Below, piece after piece: positions 44,281 through 53,946 of a stretch of 64,000 nucleotides of DNA. Below the pieces are notes generated by a model, which was not told the origin of the DNA, made no database searches, and saw nothing but the letters and a program-made list of their open reading frames with translations. Each line of letters starts with the position of its first letter. The first letter of the stretch is position 1. Location of the stretch: positions 153,731 to 217,730 of the forward strand of contig NZ_JBIITF010000004.1 of NCBI RefSeq assembly GCF_044340635.1, written 5' to 3'. The stretch is from Microbacterium sp. GTDB lineage: Bacteria > Actinomycetota > Actinomycetes > Actinomycetales > Microbacteriaceae. The translations under genes and the position numbers were made by a program.

Positions 44281-44394
44281 GGTATTCCTTCTTCCGGTTC
44301 TGGAGTCGGCGACAACTCTAGGCCGAACCACCGACACCCGAATGGGGGTTGCGGCGTGGGCCCACCCAGGGTTCTCATCACCGCAACACGACGA

Positions 44395-44429
44395 AACGAC
44401 AAACGCCCCACGAGGGGGCGTCTGTCGTT
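44395..44429 (-). terminator. Hairpin directly after tRNA-Ala
   Basis: AACGACAAACGCCCC-ACGA-GGGGCGTCTGTCGTT imperfect stem. Confidence 0.6.
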
Positions 44430-44505
44430 TGGTGGACCTGAGGGGATTCGAACCCCTGACCTCTTCATTGCGAACGAAGCGCGCTACCAACTGCGCCACA
44501 GGCCC
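44430..44505 (-). tRNA. tRNA-Ala (anticodon CGC)
   Basis: GGGCCTGTGGCGCAGTTGGTAGCGCGCTTCGTTCGCAATGAAGAGGTCAGGGGTTCGAATCCCCTCAGGTCCACCA, 76 nt with encoded CCA. Confidence 0.97.
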
Positions 44506-44722
44506 GAGAACCTCAGAAAGATTATCACGGTCCTTCAGCCACGCCCGCCGCCGGTGTGTCCGCGGCAAGTGAGGCTCACGGCGACTCGGAGTGACTGTCC
44601 GTGGCGCCGAAAGAGCACAGGATCCTCGGGACCTATCACGAGCCCACCCGCGACCACAACCCGGTTTCGTCCCCGGAGCACGTCCCGCATGCTGGGGTGA
44701 CATTGATCGAAAGGAGCTCATC

Positions 44723-44893
44723 ATGAGCATGGGAGACAAGATCAAGCACGGCGCCGAAGACCTCTCCGGTAAGGCGAAGGAAGGCGTCGGCAAGGCGACC
44801 GACAACGACAAGCTCGAGGCGGAGGGCAAGGCCGACCAGGCCAAGGCCGACGTGAAGAAGGCTGGCGACAACGTCAAGGACGCCGTCAACTAA
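44723..44893 (+). CDS. CsbD-family stress protein
   Basis: GKAKEGVGKATDNDKLEAEGKADQAKA; AAGGAG RBS. Confidence 0.9.
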   Translation: MSMGDKIKHGAEDLSGKAKEGVGKATDNDKLEAEGKADQAKADVKKAGDNVKDAVN

Positions 44894-44945
44894 GCAGACC
44901 TGCAGGACGAAGCGGCTCGCACCCACGGGGGCGGGCCGCTTTTGC

Positions 44946-45011
44946 GTGCGCGGCTTTTAGGTGCGCGGCTTTTAGGTGCGCCGCTCTTAGGTGCGCCGCT
45001 CTTAGGTGCGC
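44946..45011. repeat. 15-bp tandem repeat, 4 copies plus a partial
   Basis: GTGCGCGGCTTTTAG x2, GTGCGCCGCTCTTAG x2, then GTGCGC. Confidence 0.9.
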
Positions 45012-45038
45012 AGCCGCGCCCGTCGCGAACGAGTTCCG

Positions 45039-45941
45039 TCAGCCCGCGCGCTGGCGCAGCAGGGCGCGAACGTGGGCTTCGATCTCGGCGTCGTCGACGA
45101 CTCCCATGCCCGCGTACGGCGAGCGTGCCGGAGCAACGGATGCAGCGGGCGCTTCGCCGCGTGCGACCGGGCGCTCGGTCCTCTGCGGGCGCGCCTGTTC
45201 TGCCTGCTGGCGCTCGATCTGGGCGCGCAGGGCCTCCTCGCGAGCTGCGTGGCGCAGAGCCTCGCGGGCGTCGGCCGCGTCGAGCTGAGCGGCCGCGCGC
45301 GAGCCGTTCGACGACACCAGGGGCTGCGGAAGCGTCCTCGGCGTCCACTCGCGCTGCGGCATTTCGGGCGCGAGATCTTGGACGGATGCTTCCCGCCGCA
45401 CGACGACGGGCTGCACCGCTGCGCTGTCGGCAGCGGCAGCACGAGCGGCGACATGCGCCATCCGCTGCAGCACGATCAACGAGAGCCCGATCGAGGCCGC
45501 GCCAGCCCACAGGAACGTCTGCGCACCGCCCTGAACGACCTGCCAGATACCGAATCCGGTACCGCTCAGCCCGAGGAGAAGGAGTGACGTGGCGACGAGC
45601 CGTGCGCGGCGACGTGCGCGGGAACGACGAGCAAGCGGTGCGGATCGCGCCTGGGCGACCTGCTCCCGCAACTCCTCGAGCTCGGCGGATTGGTGCTCTG
45701 CCTGGAGGCGTCGCGCCAGGCGCTGCTGCTGAAGTGCCGTGCGAGCGTTGAGTTCGAGGCGGACTTCACCCGGCGTTTCGCTCGTCTCGGCGAGGACGCG
45801 GATGGCCTGGTTGAGGCGAACGGCGTTGCGTTCGGCGGCGTAGAACTGGTGCCGACTGTGCCACGTGGGCACGAGATAGACGAGCCAGAGCGCGACGGCG
45901 ACCAGAAGGATCACTCCGCCGCCCAATACCTGCCCGCCCAT
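45039..45941 (-). CDS. Membrane protein, SepX/GlpR (Rv0996-like) family candidate
   Basis: N-terminal TM ending WLVYLVP, coiled coil, two further TMs; position between rimJ-like and tRNA-Ala matches actinobacterial synteny as I recall it. Confidence 0.55.
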   Translation of the reverse strand: MGGQVLGGGVILLVAVALWLVYLVPTWHSRHQFYAAERNAVRLNQAIRVLAETSETPGEVRLELNARTALQQQRLARRLQAEHQSAELEELREQVAQARSAPLARRSRARRRARLVATSLLLLGLSGTGFGIWQVVQGGAQTFLWAGAASIGLSLIVLQRMAHVAARAAAADSAAVQPVVVRREASVQDLAPEMPQREWTPRTLPQPLVSSNGSRAAAQLDAADAREALRHAAREEALRAQIERQQAEQARPQRTERPVARGEAPAASVAPARSPYAGMGVVDDAEIEAHVRALLRQRAG

Positions 45942-46030
45942 GCCGACCACGGTATGCGAGGCCGCCGTGAACACCGGGATGTACCGGGCGTGTCGCGCCG
46001 CTCAGGAGCAACCCGTGACGCCCAGACCGT

Positions 46031-46672
46031 TCAGGAGTCCGACGCTGCCGCGTTCCGGTCCGCGTCGGGGATGTGCGCGGCGTCGCGAGGGGTCTGTCCG
46101 CTGACCCAGCGTTCGAGCACCCCGTAGGGGACGTCCTCACGGGTGAGGGCGAACGCGTAATGGTCGCGCCAGTCGCCGTCGATGTGGATGTAGCGACGAC
46201 GCAGGCCCTCGTATCGGAAGCCGAGCTTCTCGACCACACGGAGGCTCGCGGCGTTCTCCGGGCGGATGCAGATCTCCATCCGGTGCAGCCGCAATTCGGT
46301 GAAGCACAGGTCGGTCGCCAAGGCGACCGCGGTCGGGGTGATCCCGAGCCCGGCGAAGCTCTCGCTCACCCAGTAGCCGATCGTCGCCGAGGCGAGCGAC
46401 CCGCGCGCGATGCCCCACACGTTCAACTGGCCCGCGACCGCGCCGTTGTGCTCCATGACCAGGGGCACGCCGAGTCCGTCGCGATACTGCTGCAGCAGCC
46501 GGCGAATCCCGAGCCTCATGTCGAGCGACACGACGCCGTCAGGACTCGTCGCCTCCCACTGCTCCAACCAGCCCCGGTTATCGAGAAGGGCCTGCTGCAG
46601 GACGCGGGAGTCGCGGGATTTGATCAACCGGATCGAGATCGGTCCGTGCTCGCGCGGAAGGGACAACTCCAT
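46031..46672 (-). CDS. rimJ: RimJ/RimL-type GNAT N-acetyltransferase
   Basis: GSLASATIGYWV, LHRMEICIRPENAASLRVVEKLGFRYEG, WRDH. Confidence 0.85.
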   Translation of the reverse strand: MELSLPREHGPISIRLIKSRDSRVLQQALLDNRGWLEQWEATSPDGVVSLDMRLGIRRLLQQYRDGLGVPLVMEHNGAVAGQLNVWGIARGSLASATIGYWVSESFAGLGITPTAVALATDLCFTELRLHRMEICIRPENAASLRVVEKLGFRYEGLRRRYIHIDGDWRDHYAFALTREDVPYGVLERWVSGQTPRDAAHIPDADRNAAASDS

Positions 46673-46716
46673 GCCCACTCCTCTTGCGGGGCAGCGAATC
46701 CGGTAAGACCTGAGCC

Positions 46717-47604
46717 TTACAGACCCGCCGCGAACTCCTTGAACCAGGGACGCAACTCGGGACCGAGATCGTCACGATCCGCGGCGAGCTGCACGATGGC
46801 CTTGATGTAGTCCACCCTATCGCCGGTGTCGTACCGACGACCGCGGAACACGACGCCGTACACGCCGGGACCGGTCGGGTCTGCAGCGACCTCCTGCAGC
46901 GCATCCGTCAGCTGGATTTCGCCGCCCTTGCCGGGCTGGGTGCGCTCCAGCACCTCGAAGATCGCCGGGCTCAGCACGTAGCGTCCGATGATGGCGAGGT
47001 TCGACGGGGCATCCTCACGCTGCGGCTTCTCGACCAGGCCCTTGACCTTGACGACGTCGGGGTTGTCGGTCGCCTCGACGTCCGCGGCGCCGTACAGGTG
47101 GATCTGGTCGGGGTCGACCTCCATCAGGGCGACGATCGCCGCGCCCGTGCGCTCGTGCTCGGCGAGCATCGTCGTCAGCAGCACGTCACGCTCGTCGATC
47201 AGGTCATCGCCGAGCAGCACGGCGAACGACTGCGTGCCGACGTGCGCCTTGGCACGCAGCACCGCGTGACCGAGACCCTTCGGCTCGCCCTGGCGGACGA
47301 AGTGGATGTCGGCGAGATCGCTCGACGCCATGACCTTCTGCAGCTTGGACGTGTCACCCTTCGCACGTAGCTTGTCTTCGAGCTCGGGCACCGAGTCGAA
47401 GTGGTTGGAGAGGTTGTTCTTGTTACGACCGATGATGATCAGCACATCTTCGATGCCGGCCTGAACGGCCTCTTCCACGACGTACTGGATCGCGGGCTTG
47501 TCGACGACGGGCAGCATCTCCTTCGGCATCGCCTTCGTGGCGGGAAGGAAGCGCGTGCCGAGACCGGCAGCAGGAATGACGGCTTTGAACTTCATAGGAG
47601 GCAT
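46717..47604 (-). CDS. galU: UTP-glucose-1-phosphate uridylyltransferase
   Basis: KAVIPAAGLGTRFLPATKAMPKEMLPVVDKP, VEKP, GEIQLTDA. Confidence 0.96.
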   Translation of the reverse strand: MPPMKFKAVIPAAGLGTRFLPATKAMPKEMLPVVDKPAIQYVVEEAVQAGIEDVLIIIGRNKNNLSNHFDSVPELEDKLRAKGDTSKLQKVMASSDLADIHFVRQGEPKGLGHAVLRAKAHVGTQSFAVLLGDDLIDERDVLLTTMLAEHERTGAAIVALMEVDPDQIHLYGAADVEATDNPDVVKVKGLVEKPQREDAPSNLAIIGRYVLSPAIFEVLERTQPGKGGEIQLTDALQEVAADPTGPGVYGVVFRGRRYDTGDRVDYIKAIVQLAADRDDLGPELRPWFKEFAAGL

Positions 47605-47708
47605 GTCGGCCATCGTAACGGGAAGGTGAGGCGGAGAACCGCGCGTATTACCGGGGTTGACATTCGGGCCGGCCTTCCGCTGATGCGGCCCCGCCTAAGA
47701 TGGTGCCC

Positions 47709-48305
47709 GTGTCTACAGACGTCGATCACGTCAAGCGGGCGCTGCGCGCGGACCTGCGCGAGCGCCGTCAGCTGCTCTCCGACGCGCAACGGGCCGACGC
47801 GGAGCACGCGCTCGCCGACCGTCTCGACCATTTGGTGGAGCAGCACGGCGCACGCTCGATCTCATGCTTCCTGTCCATGTCGACCGAGCCGGGGACCCAC
47901 GAGTTCGTCGATCGTGCGGTGGCTCGCGGCATCCGCGTCCTTCTTCCGATCAGCCGCTCCGACGGACTGCTCGACTGGTCCGTCGCCGTCCCCGGGGGCG
48001 ACGTCGCCGAGGGCATGTTCGGGCTTCCCGAGCCGGTCGGAGAGCTACTCGGTCCCATCGCCGTCAACGATGTCGACCTGATGATCATCCCCGCGGCCGC
48101 CGTCGACGCATCCGGCATGCGCATGGGTTGGGGACGCGGATACTTCGACAAGACCATCGGCTCGATGGAGCGCTGCCCGCCCGTGTACGCCGTCATCTTC
48201 GACTCGGAACTCGTTGACGAGGTGCCTCACGAGGTCCACGATCAGCCCGTCTCGGGTGTGGTCACCCCGTCGCGAACCGTCACCTTTGCGCCCTCCGCGC
48301 GCTGA
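47709..48305 (+). CDS. 5-formyltetrahydrofolate cyclo-ligase
   Basis: IIPAAAVD..GMRMGWGRGYFD, EVHDQPV. Confidence 0.92.
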   Translation: MSTDVDHVKRALRADLRERRQLLSDAQRADAEHALADRLDHLVEQHGARSISCFLSMSTEPGTHEFVDRAVARGIRVLLPISRSDGLLDWSVAVPGGDVAEGMFGLPEPVGELLGPIAVNDVDLMIIPAAAVDASGMRMGWGRGYFDKTIGSMERCPPVYAVIFDSELVDEVPHEVHDQPVSGVVTPSRTVTFAPSAR

Positions 48306-48339
48306 AACACGCCTGAACCACGCCTGAACCAGGAGCACG

Positions 48340-48732
<393 letters not shown>

Positions 48733-48766
48733 AGCGGGCCCCCGGGCACGCAGGGAGGAGCAACGC

Positions 48767-49192
48767 ATGATCAAGGGTTTCAAGGAGTTCATCCTCCGCG
48801 GCAATGTCATCGACCTCGCGGTCGCCGTCGTCATCGGAGGTGCCTTCACCGCGATCGTCAACTCGATCGTGTCGAGCATCATCAATCCGATCGTCGCGCT
48901 CTTCTACGAACCGAGCGAAGACGGTCAGTTCGGTCCGACGATCCAGGGCATCTATGGCCAGGACGTGACCTTCCCGCTCGGTGAACTGATCAGCGCCGTC
49001 ATCAGCTTCTTCGCCGTCGCGATCGTGGTGTATTTCGTGTTCGTGTACCCGATGAACCACATGAAGGCTCGCGCCGCCGCGAAGGCGGGCCTCAGCAAGG
49101 TCGAGGACGAGCCGAAGCTCCCCACCGAGCAGGAGATCCTCGTGCAGATCCGCGACCTGCTCGAAAAGCAGCAGTCCACGCCGCGCGCCTGA
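48767..49192 (+). CDS. mscL: Large-conductance mechanosensitive channel
   Basis: [35 protein letters not shown]. Confidence 0.96.
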   Translation: MIKGFKEFILRGNVIDLAVAVVIGGAFTAIVNSIVSSIINPIVALFYEPSEDGQFGPTIQGIYGQDVTFPLGELISAVISFFAVAIVVYFVFVYPMNHMKARAAAKAGLSKVEDEPKLPTEQEILVQIRDLLEKQQSTPRA

Positions 49193-49211
49193 CCCGCGCT
49201 CCCGTGCTCCC

Positions 49212-49282
49212 AAAACAGGAGATCCGCCGAAAACAGGACGTTTCGGGCGCAATCGTCCTGTTGCGGGCGACTCTCCTGTTTT
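49212..49282. repeat. Nested hairpin (family D)
   Basis: AAAACAGGAG..AAAACAGGACG-loop-CGTCCTGTT..CTCCTGTTTT between convergent genes. Confidence 0.82.
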
Positions 49283-49308
49283 CGGGCGACTCGGCAACGT
49301 GAGCGAGG

Positions 49309-49533
49309 TCAGTAGTGCGGGGGCACGTCCTGGCGTAGGCGGTCGTCGTTCGGTCCGGCGGTGCTCGCGTCAGGCGCGGGAGCGGGATCGGATGCCTCGT
49401 CCCGGGGGGCCGGCTCCGGTGTCGCTCCCGGTGCGGGCGTCAGCTTGGCTCGGCGCGCGCCGGGAACTCTCACCACGTGTTGGCGCGAGCCCGCCGGCGG
49501 GTCCGGCTCGCCGGAACCGTCAGCCGAGGCCAT
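49309..49533 (-). CDS. Small hypothetical protein
   Basis: 74 aa, VVRVPGARRAKLTPAPG...GPNDDRLRQDVPPHY; start overlaps the upstream helicase-like stop. Confidence 0.55.
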   Translation of the reverse strand: MASADGSGEPDPPAGSRQHVVRVPGARRAKLTPAPGATPEPAPRDEASDPAPAPDASTAGPNDDRLRQDVPPHY

Positions 49534-52500
49534 CGATCGGCTGGGTCGACGCCTCGACGGCGGGTGCGTCGGGCTCGACCCCCAGGATCGATGCGATGCG
49601 CGCGGCGACGGCCGGGGCATCCGTGTACAGGTCGAACGAATGCACACGCACGTAGTGCCATCCGAGCCGCCGGAGCAGCTGGGGACGCAGGCGCAGTGAT
49701 TCGCGTAGGGACTCGTCGTGCGTCTCGGGGTCGCTCTCGACGACGACGGCCTTGCCCGCGTGCTGCGCGACGAGGGGCAGAAGGCCGCGATAGTGCACGT
49801 CGACCGAGACGCCCAGGCGGCGAAGCTCGGACGCCAGGCGGCGCGTGAGCGGGTCGGCCAGGTCTTCGAGTCGGGCGTCGCGCTGGCGCGCTGCCATGCC
49901 GCCGAGGATCGTCATGAGGGTGGCGGCGCCGTACTCCAGGCGTCCGTCATCGAACGCGGAGGGACGGATGGATGACACGATCACCATCGAGCGGCGCGCC
50001 CGGGTCATGCCGACCGTCAGCAGGCGCTCACCGTCGGGGGTCGACAGGTCGCCGAAGTCGCTCAGCACACGGCCGTGCTTGGTCAGCCCGTAGCCGAGCG
50101 AGAAGATCACGCGGTCACGGCTCTCGGCGACCGACTGCTCGAGCGTGAGCACCGCGAACGGCTCGGCGGTGTCGCGCAGGGCGAACTCCGAAACATCCGA
50201 TCGGCTTGCGAAAGCCGCGTTGACGGCCGCACGCACGCGCTCCGCGTGCCGTGCGCTGGCGGTCACGACCATGAGCGACTCGTCCGGCCGGTTGAGCGCG
50301 TGCTCGAGCACGAGCGTCACGACCCGCGTCACCTCGGTGTCGGGGCTCTCGACGGCGCCGCTGATCGGGTCGGGCGCGCCGAAGCCGCCCTCGACGTAGT
50401 CCACGGTCAGGCTGCCGCGGCCGAGGTACGAACCGGCCCACGGCCACGACACGATCTCGCCACCGTAGAAGGCGTCGTTGACGAGCTCGGCGAGGTCTTC
50501 GCCACCGGCGCGGTAGCTGCGCGTGAGCGTATAGACGGGCAGCAGGTCCCCGAGCTTCTCGAACACCGAGACGTCGTCGAATGTGACGTCGGCTTCGGGC
50601 TGCGGAGCCGAGCCGGCCGCGAGCGTGAACGGCGAGGGACGCTGCGTCACGGGGTCGCCGAGCACGACGACCTGACGGGCACGGCGGATCGCGGGTGCGG
50701 CCTCGGCGAGGCAGATGGCCCCGGCGTCCGCGATGATCACGGTGTCGAACATGACCGAATCGGGGATCTTCGGCACCTCGTAGGGCGACGCCAGCCACAC
50801 AGGCGCGAGCGCGCGACCGAGCGTCGGGGCGCCGAGAGAGAGCGTTGCGGGCGTCGCGGTTCCGCGGGTCAGAAGCGCCTTGAGGTTCTCGGCCTCGCCC
50901 GGCTCATCGACGATGCCGATCTTCCATTCGCGGGCGAGCTGCCACGACAGGATCGATCCGGATGCCGCGGCGTGCGCCTCGTCGACCAGTCGGAAATCAC
51001 GTTCCAGGCGGTCGACGACGCTCGTGTTCGCGCCGAGCAGAGACTTGTCGGAGCGGAGCATGTGCTCGAGCGCGGACTGCCACCACGCGTATTCGAGCTC
51101 GGCCGCGACACGGTCGGCGGGAACGTGTCGCACCGACAGCTCGGCGAGCAGGCCGCCGAGTCCGAGACGGGCGAGCTCGGCGCGGAGGGCCGTTCGCTCG
51201 ATCAGGTTGTCGAGGACATCGGATTCTGCGGCCAGGCCGGCGAGCGTGCGCACCAGGGTGTTGATCGACAGCGAGGCGAGGCGCTTGTCGCGGTCGCGCC
51301 CGAGCGGGGCGTCGAGCTCCGCCAGCTCGGCCGTGACCCGCTGCCAAGCGACGTGCACATCGGCCAGGCCGAGGGGAACCTCGGGGGCCACACCGATGTC
51401 GACGAACTGCTGCCACTGCGTGCGCTGACGCTGGATGCGCACGAGAGCCTCGTGCATATCGGCGACGTGGACGCCCGGGCGCACGTACTCGCGCGCCAGG
51501 CGACGCAGGCGGCGCCGCTCCCCCGCCTTCATGCCCGCGGAGTCCCGACGCGAACCGAGTGCACGGATGAGGTCGGCGAGCGGACGTTCGAAGACGGTGG
51601 GGCTGAAGCGATCGAGCGAATCGCGGATGTCGATCAGCAGGCGCAGGTATTCGCCGAGTTCGTCGATCGAGGCGAAAGGACGCATGCGCGTCTGCGCGAT
51701 CAGCTCGAAGCCGCGCTCGAGCAGCCGGGGAACCTCGGTCGTGTGCAGCCTCTGCGCGAGGGCGTGCGCCGACTGCGCGGCATCCGTGCTCGCGAAGTTG
51801 ACGCCGTACCAGGGGGAATCGCCGGGACCGAAGCGGAATTCACCGAGCGTGGCGGCGAGCACGAGCATCCGCGCCGCTTCCGTGCGGTCGTTCGCCAGCT
51901 TCGTCAGCGTCGCGAAGTCGAACCGCGTGTCGACGGGGGCGATGCCGTCGGCTGCGGGCAGCGCGGCGAGAGCATGGAGCGTCTGCAAGGGACTGACGCC
52001 GAGACCCGGGACGGGCGTCGTCAGCGCCTTGCGGTACGACGTCAGCAGGGCGCGCAAACGCACCAGCGCGTCGTCGACGTCGCCGAGCTGGGGCGCGCTG
52101 GCCTTCTCGTTGCGGGCGATCGCGCGCACCAGGTCGCGGGCGGTGTTGGTCGGCGAGCAGGCGAGACCGGGCAGACCGACCTGGCCGAGTCGATGCCGCA
52201 CGCCCTCGATCGTCGAGCGGCGCGCGCTGACGACCAGCACGCGACGGTGCTCGTGGACGAGGGCGCCGATGGCGTTGATGACGGTCTGCGTTCCGCCCGT
52301 CCCGGGCAGCGTCGCTACGGCGATCGAGCGTCCCGCGGTGATCTGGGCGAGCACGCGCTCCTGCTCGGAGTCGGCGTCGAGCAGGAGCGTGTCGGCGGCG
52401 GGCGGACGGTCATCCGGCCCGACGGTCTGCACTTCGCCCGGCTGCGCGGCGAGCGTCTGCCGATCTGCCTGGTGCCCCGCGAGGGCGTTCAGCACGAGCC

Positions 52501-53260
52501 CGCCGGCTCGGGAGGAGTCGCGGGCCATGCCGCGCGCGACATCGGCGAACGTCGAGACGATCAGACGCGGATGCACAGTGAACGTGTCGATGTGGGAGGT
52601 GACGGACCGGAGCCTGTCGATGACGCGCTGGGGCTTGAAGACGCCGCCCTCGTGGGCGAGCGCGGCGAGCGCCGGACCGTCGAGGGCGATCCCGAAGTGC
52701 TCGCGTGAGACCGAGTCGAGCTCCGGATTGATGTGGAAGCCGCCGTGCAGCTTCAGTTCGAAATCGGCACCGTGACGACGGATGGCGAGGGGGCGGAGCA
52801 GAACGGGCGCACTGTAAGAAACGCCGCCGATGCGCCAACCGGCGAGCCCGACGGCGAGGTGGACGGCCTCGATCGAGCGGACCGTGCGCAACTCGACGTT
52901 CTTCGCCGTGATGGCCTCGGCGGCGAGGCGAGCCGTGCGCAGGGCGACCTCATCGCGGAAGAGCCCGGACAACAACGTCGACTGCCCCGTGATGAACTGC
53001 GGCAGGCTGCCGGGGTGCGCGTTGGTGATGTCGATTCCCGCGTCCGCGACATCGACGAATTGCAGCAACGGAGAGCGTCCACCGAGCTCGGATGCCTCGG
53101 CGCGCAACCGTGATCGGAGCACGTCCGCGACATGCGCGACCTGCACGTCGGGCTCGGCAACACTCAGACCATCGGGCGCGACGCTGCGGTTATCGGGCGC
53201 GCCAAGCGACGGGGACCCGTCTTCGCCCAGGTCCACGGCGTTGCCGTCTGCTCGCCACAC
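49520..53260 (-). CDS. DUF4011-type SF1 (DNA2/NAM7) helicase-like protein with C-terminal Vsr-like domain, catalytically degenerate
   Basis: DADSEQ Q-motif; TLPGTGGT (Walker A), IIADAGA (Walker B), LTRSYRA, TRARR; C-terminal RLRPQLLRRLGWHYVRV. Confidence 0.78.
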   Translation of the reverse strand: MWRADGNAVDLGEDGSPSLGAPDNRSVAPDGLSVAEPDVQVAHVADVLRSRLRAEASELGGRSPLLQFVDVADAGIDITNAHPGSLPQFITGQSTLLSGLFRDEVALRTARLAAEAITAKNVELRTVRSIEAVHLAVGLAGWRIGGVSYSAPVLLRPLAIRRHGADFELKLHGGFHINPELDSVSREHFGIALDGPALAALAHEGGVFKPQRVIDRLRSVTSHIDTFTVHPRLIVSTFADVARGMARDSSRAGGLVLNALAGHQADRQTLAAQPGEVQTVGPDDRPPAADTLLLDADSEQERVLAQITAGRSIAVATLPGTGGTQTVINAIGALVHEHRRVLVVSARRSTIEGVRHRLGQVGLPGLACSPTNTARDLVRAIARNEKASAPQLGDVDDALVRLRALLTSYRKALTTPVPGLGVSPLQTLHALAALPAADGIAPVDTRFDFATLTKLANDRTEAARMLVLAATLGEFRFGPGDSPWYGVNFASTDAAQSAHALAQRLHTTEVPRLLERGFELIAQTRMRPFASIDELGEYLRLLIDIRDSLDRFSPTVFERPLADLIRALGSRRDSAGMKAGERRRLRRLAREYVRPGVHVADMHEALVRIQRQRTQWQQFVDIGVAPEVPLGLADVHVAWQRVTAELAELDAPLGRDRDKRLASLSINTLVRTLAGLAAESDVLDNLIERTALRAELARLGLGGLLAELSVRHVPADRVAAELEYAWWQSALEHMLRSDKSLLGANTSVVDRLERDFRLVDEAHAAASGSILSWQLAREWKIGIVDEPGEAENLKALLTRGTATPATLSLGAPTLGRALAPVWLASPYEVPKIPDSVMFDTVIIADAGAICLAEAAPAIRRARQVVVLGDPVTQRPSPFTLAAGSAPQPEADVTFDDVSVFEKLGDLLPVYTLTRSYRAGGEDLAELVNDAFYGGEIVSWPWAGSYLGRGSLTVDYVEGGFGAPDPISGAVESPDTEVTRVVTLVLEHALNRPDESLMVVTASARHAERVRAAVNAAFASRSDVSEFALRDTAEPFAVLTLEQSVAESRDRVIFSLGYGLTKHGRVLSDFGDLSTPDGERLLTVGMTRARRSMVIVSSIRPSAFDDGRLEYGAATLMTILGGMAARQRDARLEDLADPLTRRLASELRRLGVSVDVHYRGLLPLVAQHAGKAVVVESDPETHDESLRESLRLRPQLLRRLGWHYVRVHSFDLYTDAPAVAARIASILGVEPDAPAVEASTQPIDGLG

Positions 53261-53430
53261 ACGGTCACCCTACGTGCGGACGGCGCGTCGACCGGTCAAG
53301 CGCGGCGGGTTTCGCGGGATTGCCGGGTTGGACAGGCCATCTCTCCTCCCCCGCCGGGGTCTTCAGGCATCCGTCCCCCGAACGCCCCACGTTCCCTCAG
53401 ATGTCGCGAGTCAGCGGCAGGATGGGCGTC

Positions 53431-53946
53431 ATGCCGCTCCGCTACACGACAACACCCACGCCGATCGGGATCGCGCTCGCCGTCGAGTCCGATGACGGGC
53501 TGGTTGCGCTCCGTTTCGCCGAGGCGTCTGCCGAGAGCCTGCTGGATCAGATCATGGCGGCGCGGCGGGAGCCCGCTGTGCGCGACGACGAGGCGCTCGA
53601 TCCCGTGGCGACGCAACTGGAGCAGTACTTCACGGGCGAGCGCCGGTCGTTCGACATCCCGCTGGATCTCGCGGGCCTGACCCCCTTCACCCGCGCCGCG
53701 CTCGGGGCGATCCGTGAGATCCCGTACGGCGAGACCGCGGGCTACGGGGAGGTCGCGATCACCGCCGGCATCCCGCGCGCAGCACGTGCGGTCGGCTCCG
53801 TGTGCGCCAACACGCCCATCTCGGTCGTGATCCCGGTGCACCGCGTCGTCCGGTCGGACGGATCGCTCGGCGAGTACGGCGGACGACCCGAGGTGAAGCG
53901 CGCGCTGCTCGCCCTCGAGTCGGGCATCGAGGGGGTCCTGCCGTGA
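53431..53946 (+). CDS. O6-alkylguanine alkyltransferase homologue lacking the acceptor Cys (ATL-like)
   Basis: QLEQYFTGERRSFDIPLD, IPYGET..YG, AARAVG, IPVHRV (canonical PCHRV). Confidence 0.85.
   Translation: MPLRYTTTPTPIGIALAVESDDGLVALRFAEASAESLLDQIMAARREPAVRDDEALDPVATQLEQYFTGERRSFDIPLDLAGLTPFTRAALGAIREIPYGETAGYGEVAITAGIPRAARAVGSVCANTPISVVIPVHRVVRSDGSLGEYGGRPEVKRALLALESGIEGVLP

Noticed and set aside
48308-48329. CACGCCTGAAC x2
   Set aside because: Only two 11-bp copies in a short intergenic gap; no function can be supported.
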